Below, one piece after another: positions 59,180 through 64,000 of a stretch of DNA of 64,000 nt. The notes under the pieces were generated by a model. That model made no database searches. It saw only the letters and a list, made by a program, of their open reading frames with translations, and was not told where the DNA came from. Source of the stretch: Halorutilales archaeon Cl-col2-1 (GTDB taxonomy: Archaea; Halobacteriota; Halobacteria; Halobacteriales; Afararchaeaceae). Numbering within the stretch: position 1 is the first letter of the stretch; every line of letters begins with the position of its first letter. The translations under genes and the position numbers were made by a program. The DNA lies in NCBI GenBank assembly GCA_041891055.1, contig CP169074.1:64001-128000 (forward strand). Reading direction: 5' to 3'.

Positions 59180-60236
59180 GAACGCGTGTCGCCGTCACTA
59201 CCTCGTCGGTCTCGACGTACTCGCGTTCGGAGTGAGCGACTGCGACCTCGTTCCCATCTTCGTCTGTCTCGGATATCGAGCCGGGACCGAAGACTGCGAC
59301 GGGCATCTCCTTAGCGAGGTACGACGCCTCTGTCGCGGCGTCGAAGGGTCTCAGACGTGACTCGCCGGTGGCCTCCTCGACTGCGTCGACGAGACGCTCC
59401 ACGTCGTCTTCGTCGGTACGGAAGGCATCGAGGAAAGGTGTCGGACGTTCGGAGAACCTCACCTCGTAGTCGCAGTCTATACCTTTCATCTCCCTGTCGA
59501 CCTCTTCGAGGAACTTGTCCTGTGTCTCGGGGGGAACGCTTCTCCTGTCTATGAAGAGGCTCGCGTTCTCGGGAACCTGGTTCTTCGCCTCGCCGCCGTC
59601 TATCTGTGTCACTGTCAGACTACTCTCTCCGAGGAGGTCATCGTACTTCTGTTGTGTGGCTTCGAGCCTTCTCACCGCCTCTGCGACACACGAGACGGCG
59701 TTCAGACCGCTCTCCGGCGCGGCGGCGTGTGCAGCCTCGCCGAAGAAGTCAGCTATCACCTCGTAACGTCCTCTCGCGGCTGTGCAGACGTCGAGGTTGG
59801 TAGGCTCTCCGACTACACACAGGTCGGCGTCGAGGCTCACGTCTTCGAGGTAGTCGTAGAGACCTACTGAGTCGGTCTCCTCGTCAGGTGAGACTACGAG
59901 AGTCACGCGTCCGTCCTCGGGATCGGCGCGCGAGAACGCCGACACCATCGCTGCGAGGCTCGCCTTCGCGTCACACGAGCCTCTTCCCCTCACGACACCT
60001 GAGTCGGCGTCGTATCCGTACTCGATGTGGGGCGGTACCGTGTCCATATGTGTGTTGAGTACGGTGTGGAAGCCGCCGCTGTCTCCCTTCTCGGCGACTA
60101 CACAGCCCGAACTATGGAGCTTCGCGCCGTCGATGGATTCGAGTAGATACTCACGTATCTCGTCGACCGAGTCGTGGCTCTGTATCTGAACCATCTCTCT
60201 CAGGAGGTCTACCGGACTCTGGGGATCTGTCTTCAT
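59160..60236 (-). CDS. M20 family metallopeptidase/deacylase (ArgE/DapE-like)
   Basis: NTHMDTVP, GRGSCDAK, DEET, VGEPT, AHAA, AHSERE. Confidence 0.9.
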   Translation of the reverse strand: MKTDPQSPVDLLREMVQIQSHDSVDEIREYLLESIDGAKLHSSGCVVAEKGDSGGFHTVLNTHMDTVPPHIEYGYDADSGVVRGRGSCDAKASLAAMVSAFSRADPEDGRVTLVVSPDEETDSVGLYDYLEDVSLDADLCVVGEPTNLDVCTAARGRYEVIADFFGEAAHAAAPESGLNAVSCVAEAVRRLEATQQKYDDLLGESSLTVTQIDGGEAKNQVPENASLFIDRRSVPPETQDKFLEEVDREMKGIDCDYEVRFSERPTPFLDAFRTDEDDVERLVDAVEEATGESRLRPFDAATEASYLAKEMPVAVFGPGSISETDEDGNEVAVAHSEREYVETDEVVTATRVLSRLLD

Positions 60237-60324
60237 GTCTCCGAAGACGAGACCTCGACGTAAGTCTCTTTAGAGATCTGGCTGACCCGAGGCTTGATTA
60301 ATCCCGGGATCAACTACTCAGACA

Positions 60325-62073
60325 ATGGCTGTCGAGTCGGCACCTGCGACCGATCTGGCTATGATAATAGTAATAGCCACAGGCGTCGGCTTCGTCGCGC
60401 GCCGGACGGGACAGCCTACGATAATCGCTTACATACTCACTGGACTTCTCCTTGGACCACCCGTACTCGGAGCCGTAACCCCGAGCGACCTCACGGAGTT
60501 GATGTCGGAACTCGGACTTGCCTTCCTCCTCTTCTTACTCGGTATCAAGATGAGGATCGAAGATATCAGACACGTACTCTCGCCCGTAGTTAGGGTCTCT
60601 ATCCCTCAGATGCTACTCGTCGCAGCCGCGGGAGCCGTCACAGCAGTCGGTCTCGGCTTCAGTCTCATCGAGTCGGCTCTGATAGGCGCGGCTGTGACAT
60701 ACAGCTCGACGGCGGTCGTCATCAAGATGCTCACAGACAACGACGAAGCCACGACGCTCCCCGGGAAGATCGACATAGGCGTACTTCTGGTACAGGACAT
60801 CGCCGTGGTGGTTCTCCTCGCTCTTCTCTCGACCGGTGGAACCCGTGGAGTCACCGATACGGCTCTCAAACTCGTCACAGTACTCGTCCTAATAGCCCTC
60901 ATAGGCGTGATCTCTATGGCTTCCTCGCGTTACCTCCTTCCGGGGGTCTTCCGGCGGGTCGCCGATGACAAGGAGGTCTTCCTCGTAGTCTCGATAGGAT
61001 GGGCATTCCTCTTCATACTCGTGTCTCTCCGGCTCGGTCTCTCGGTTGAGATAGGCGCGTTTCTCGCGGGGGTCGCTATCGCACAGCTACCCTACAGCAC
61101 CGAGCTACAGGATCGGATAACCCCTCTCACCGACCTCTTCATACTCGTCTTCTTCGCGTCGGTCGGTCTCGGACTCGAAGCTTCGGATCTCACCGCGTAT
61201 CTCGGGGAGGCAGCCGTCGCCTCAGCCGTACTCGTACTCGTCAAGTTCGTGGTCTTCTTCGTACTTATCGGATCACAGGACTTCAGCCTCGAAACTACCT
61301 TCCTCGGGAGCATATATATGGTACAGGTCAGTGAGTTCGCGCTCGTCCTCGGCGCGGTCGCAGTCTCCGAGGGTCTGATAGACGAGGGGGTTCTCGGATT
61401 CTTGAGTCTCGTCGCCGTCTTTACGATGGTCTTCTCCGTCTATGCCATAAAGTACAGCCACAGTCTCTACGACTTAGTCTCGCCGTGGCTCTCTGACTTC
61501 CGTGACTGGGACGGCAGGGAGGAGGTCTCCACCGAACACGAGTCACACGCCGTCGCAGTGGGCTTCGACAGGCTCACCGAGGACGTACTACCCATACTAC
61601 AGGACAGTTATGGAGACGTCGTCGTCATAGACCGGAAGACGAGCCACATACAACAGCTAAGAGCTGAGGGGAAGTACGACTACGTCTTCGGTGACCTCCG
61701 CCATACCAAGGTGCGTAAGGAAGCGAATCTCAAGAAAGCCGCCTTCGTCCTGAGTTCGAGCGTCGAGACCGACGTCAACAGAACCATAGTCGAGGAGACT
61801 CCCGACGACACGACTGTCTTCGTAGAAGCCGAGCGCACCGACGACGCCATCCAACTCTACAACGCTGGTGTCGACTACGTCATAATGAGCACACATCTTG
61901 CGGCGGAGAAGGTCTCGGGCTACCTGGAGTCCTACTTCGAGTCGCGCGACGCCTTCTTCGACGCAGTACGGCACGATGTAGACTTGATACGCAGGGGAGA
62001 CGTGCCATCTGAGACAGATACTGGTTCTGATCCGGACGGGACTGTCGAAGCCGGAGGTGGTGACAGTGGCTGA
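60325..62073 (+). CDS. CPA2 (Kef-type) cation:proton antiporter with C-terminal TrkA-N/RCK domain
   Basis: ELGLAFLLF.LG, SSTAVVIK, LLVQD, GAFLAG, QVSEF. Confidence 0.9.
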   Translation: MAVESAPATDLAMIIVIATGVGFVARRTGQPTIIAYILTGLLLGPPVLGAVTPSDLTELMSELGLAFLLFLLGIKMRIEDIRHVLSPVVRVSIPQMLLVAAAGAVTAVGLGFSLIESALIGAAVTYSSTAVVIKMLTDNDEATTLPGKIDIGVLLVQDIAVVVLLALLSTGGTRGVTDTALKLVTVLVLIALIGVISMASSRYLLPGVFRRVADDKEVFLVVSIGWAFLFILVSLRLGLSVEIGAFLAGVAIAQLPYSTELQDRITPLTDLFILVFFASVGLGLEASDLTAYLGEAAVASAVLVLVKFVVFFVLIGSQDFSLETTFLGSIYMVQVSEFALVLGAVAVSEGLIDEGVLGFLSLVAVFTMVFSVYAIKYSHSLYDLVSPWLSDFRDWDGREEVSTEHESHAVAVGFDRLTEDVLPILQDSYGDVVVIDRKTSHIQQLRAEGKYDYVFGDLRHTKVRKEANLKKAAFVLSSSVETDVNRTIVEETPDDTTVFVEAERTDDAIQLYNAGVDYVIMSTHLAAEKVSGYLESYFESRDAFFDAVRHDVDLIRRGDVPSETDTGSDPDGTVEAGGGDSG

Positions 62074-63736
62074 GTCCGAAATACTGACAGCACTCGGCGT
62101 AATCTTCGTGGGAGCGGGGGCGACACTCCTCGTCACGAGCCGTCTCCCGGTGTCGAGCCTCCCGTTATACATACTCGTCGGAATGGCTGTGAGTCCTTTC
62201 GTCGACCACACGACTCTCCTTGACCTCGCACGGTGGGGGATAGCCTTCTTAGTCTTCGTCCTCGCGACACGGATCGAGTTCGAGGCTGTCTCGTCTGTCT
62301 TCCGTGACATAGAGCTTGCCACGCTGACACAGATCGCCGTCGTGGGACCTCTAGGATTCGGTATCGGATACTTCGTCTTCGGTCTCGACCTCCTTTCCTC
62401 AGTCTACTTCGCCGTCGCCGGTACACTGAGTTCGACCCTCGTGGGGGGCAAGTACTTCGAGACCTCGGGAGGATACAGACTCATACACGACAGACTCTCG
62501 TCGTCTATACATCTCTTCGACGACCTCGTAGCAGTCGGCGTCCTTCTCGTCCTCTCAGCTGAGACTTACAGCCCCGACGCCGTCGCAGCCAATATAGGAT
62601 ACGGAGCCGTTATCCTACTCGTCGCTGCCTTCGTCTACCGGTACGTCTTCGGTCTCCTAGTACGTCTCGCTGAGGGCTCCGACGAGCTAGTTCTAATGGG
62701 ATCTATCTCTGTACTGTTTGTCTTTCTCACCGCCGCGGAGTTCTCGGGTGTTTCTCCCGTCGTGGGTGCCTTCGCCGGAGGGGTAGCCGTCAGACGTGAC
62801 TCGACACAGACCATCGATGTCTTCAACGGAATCCAGTCTATTAGGGACTTCTTCGTCACCGTCTTCTTCGTGACACTAGGAGCACTCGTCGAGGTTCCTA
62901 CCTTCGAAGTCGTAGTCTGGGCGTTCTCACTCGTCGTATTAGTCCTCGTCGTGAACCCCGCGATCACAGTCCTCGCACTCGTCTATGAGGGCTACGACGC
63001 CCGAACAGCGCATCTCGTGGGTGCGAGCACCGACCAGGTCAGCGAGATGTCTCTCATAATAGCCATAGAGGGCTTCCTAGTGGGAAGCCTAGGAGCCGAT
63101 GTCTTCGACTCTATCATAATAGCTGCGTCTGTCACAATGATTCTCACCTCGGTGGTTCGTAGCTACGAGAGATCCTTCTACGAAGACGTTGCTGAGAGCC
63201 TCATACCCGGGAGACAGATGGAGAAGATCGACCGGAGGAGCCATGTCGAGGACGTCTCAAACCACGTCGTAGTCGTGGGATACGGACGTCAGGGTAGATA
63301 TATAACTCAAGTCTGTGAGAGACACGACCGTGACTACGTCGTGGTAGAGAACGATCCCCTTCTCTGGGACGAAATACGTCTGACTTCCGGCAGCTACGTC
63401 TTCGGTGACGCACTCACCGACTACTCGTGGGAGAAAGCAGAAATCACAGACGCCGATCTGGTTGTCTCGACCGCCGATAACCCCGAGACCTCCGAGAAGA
63501 TACTCGGTCTCGACACATCCGCCGACGTGGTTCTCCGTTCGAGATCGGTCGAGAACGCGAGGAGATGGCTCGACGAGGGTGCCACCTACGTCGCAGTCCC
63601 CGACTTGGTCGCCTCCGAACAGCTGATCGACCATGTCGAGTCGGTAGTTGGAGGAGAGAAGGACGCCGACGAGCTACGTGACTCTCATCTCAGAGAGATA
63701 CTTAAATCGGGTCTCCGTAACGTCAGTCGTGGTTAG
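62057..63736 (+). CDS. Second CPA2 antiporter with TrkA-N domain
   Basis: LSST, FDD, GAFAGG, FFVTLG, QVSE; VVVGYGRQG Rossmann motif; start may be the GTG at 62066. Confidence 0.88.
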   Translation: MVTVAESEILTALGVIFVGAGATLLVTSRLPVSSLPLYILVGMAVSPFVDHTTLLDLARWGIAFLVFVLATRIEFEAVSSVFRDIELATLTQIAVVGPLGFGIGYFVFGLDLLSSVYFAVAGTLSSTLVGGKYFETSGGYRLIHDRLSSSIHLFDDLVAVGVLLVLSAETYSPDAVAANIGYGAVILLVAAFVYRYVFGLLVRLAEGSDELVLMGSISVLFVFLTAAEFSGVSPVVGAFAGGVAVRRDSTQTIDVFNGIQSIRDFFVTVFFVTLGALVEVPTFEVVVWAFSLVVLVLVVNPAITVLALVYEGYDARTAHLVGASTDQVSEMSLIIAIEGFLVGSLGADVFDSIIIAASVTMILTSVVRSYERSFYEDVAESLIPGRQMEKIDRRSHVEDVSNHVVVVGYGRQGRYITQVCERHDRDYVVVENDPLLWDEIRLTSGSYVFGDALTDYSWEKAEITDADLVVSTADNPETSEKILGLDTSADVVLRSRSVENARRWLDEGATYVAVPDLVASEQLIDHVESVVGGEKDADELRDSHLREILKSGLRNVSRG

Positions 63737-63952
63737 GTTGGGACACGTCGATATTCTCGGGGTCAATCTTTAGAATATGGGATACACGACGTTTCAGGCG
63801 ACCCAATCTGGAGAGACGTACAAGTTATTTTAAAGTTGTGGTTATAATGGGGCTCTATGGATCAATATCTTTATATACTTCTCTATAATTTACTAAACTG
63901 CGAGAGAGCTAACCGGAGAAGTTTGGAATATCTAAAATAATAGAGGACAAAA

Positions 63953-64000
63953 ATGACGACTGTGAACGAAGCGCTCGAAACGATAGAGGAAGAGGACGTA
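63953..64000 (+). CDS. 5' end of a gene cut off by the window edge; possibly glutamine synthetase
   Basis: GAGGA SD at 63943-63947; MTTVNEALETIEEEDV resembles GS I N-termini, but only 16 codons are visible. Confidence 0.35.
   Translation, partial: MTTVNEALETIEEEDV

Overview
A 64-kb chromosomal segment of a halophilic archaeon. The proteome is very acidic and the core genes are Halobacteria-like (MC1, TFE, TFS, rpl44e-rps27e-eIF2a-nop10-PAC2, top6AB, MCM, gatCA, gatE, egsA, aroA'B'D, purL, serA, asd). Several genes look closer to Methanomicrobia-type families, so this may be a deep-branching haloarchaeal lineage (inference). It is mostly housekeeping DNA with one tRNA-Val(CAC) and a hicB-hicA toxin-antitoxin pair; no CRISPR array, integrase or transposase is visible. 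The strongest candidate for an unusual system is a dispersed sulfur-carrier circuit. It comprises an actinobacterial-type ThrC2/MetM-like PLP enzyme coupled to a ubiquitin-like carrier with a masked diglycine (GG-ST-stop), a second Ubl paired with a Mec/JAMM1 protease beside TauE and an MBL hydrolase, and an HTH-CBS regulator whose promoter shares an ATAACC-N3-GGTTAT-type palindrome with the ThrC2-Ubl promoter. Other points of interest: REP-like intergenic hairpin arrays with a 48-49 bp period and compensatory base changes, a CxxCH (DUF3365/Tll0287-like) heme lipoprotein divergent from a PQQ-type dehydrogenase, a 934-aa S-layer-domain/OB-fold surface mosaic, a degenerate HNH protein, a methanogen-type phytoene-desaturase homolog, and two real small genes absent from the ORF track. 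All family assignments come from motif recognition by eye; no database search was run.
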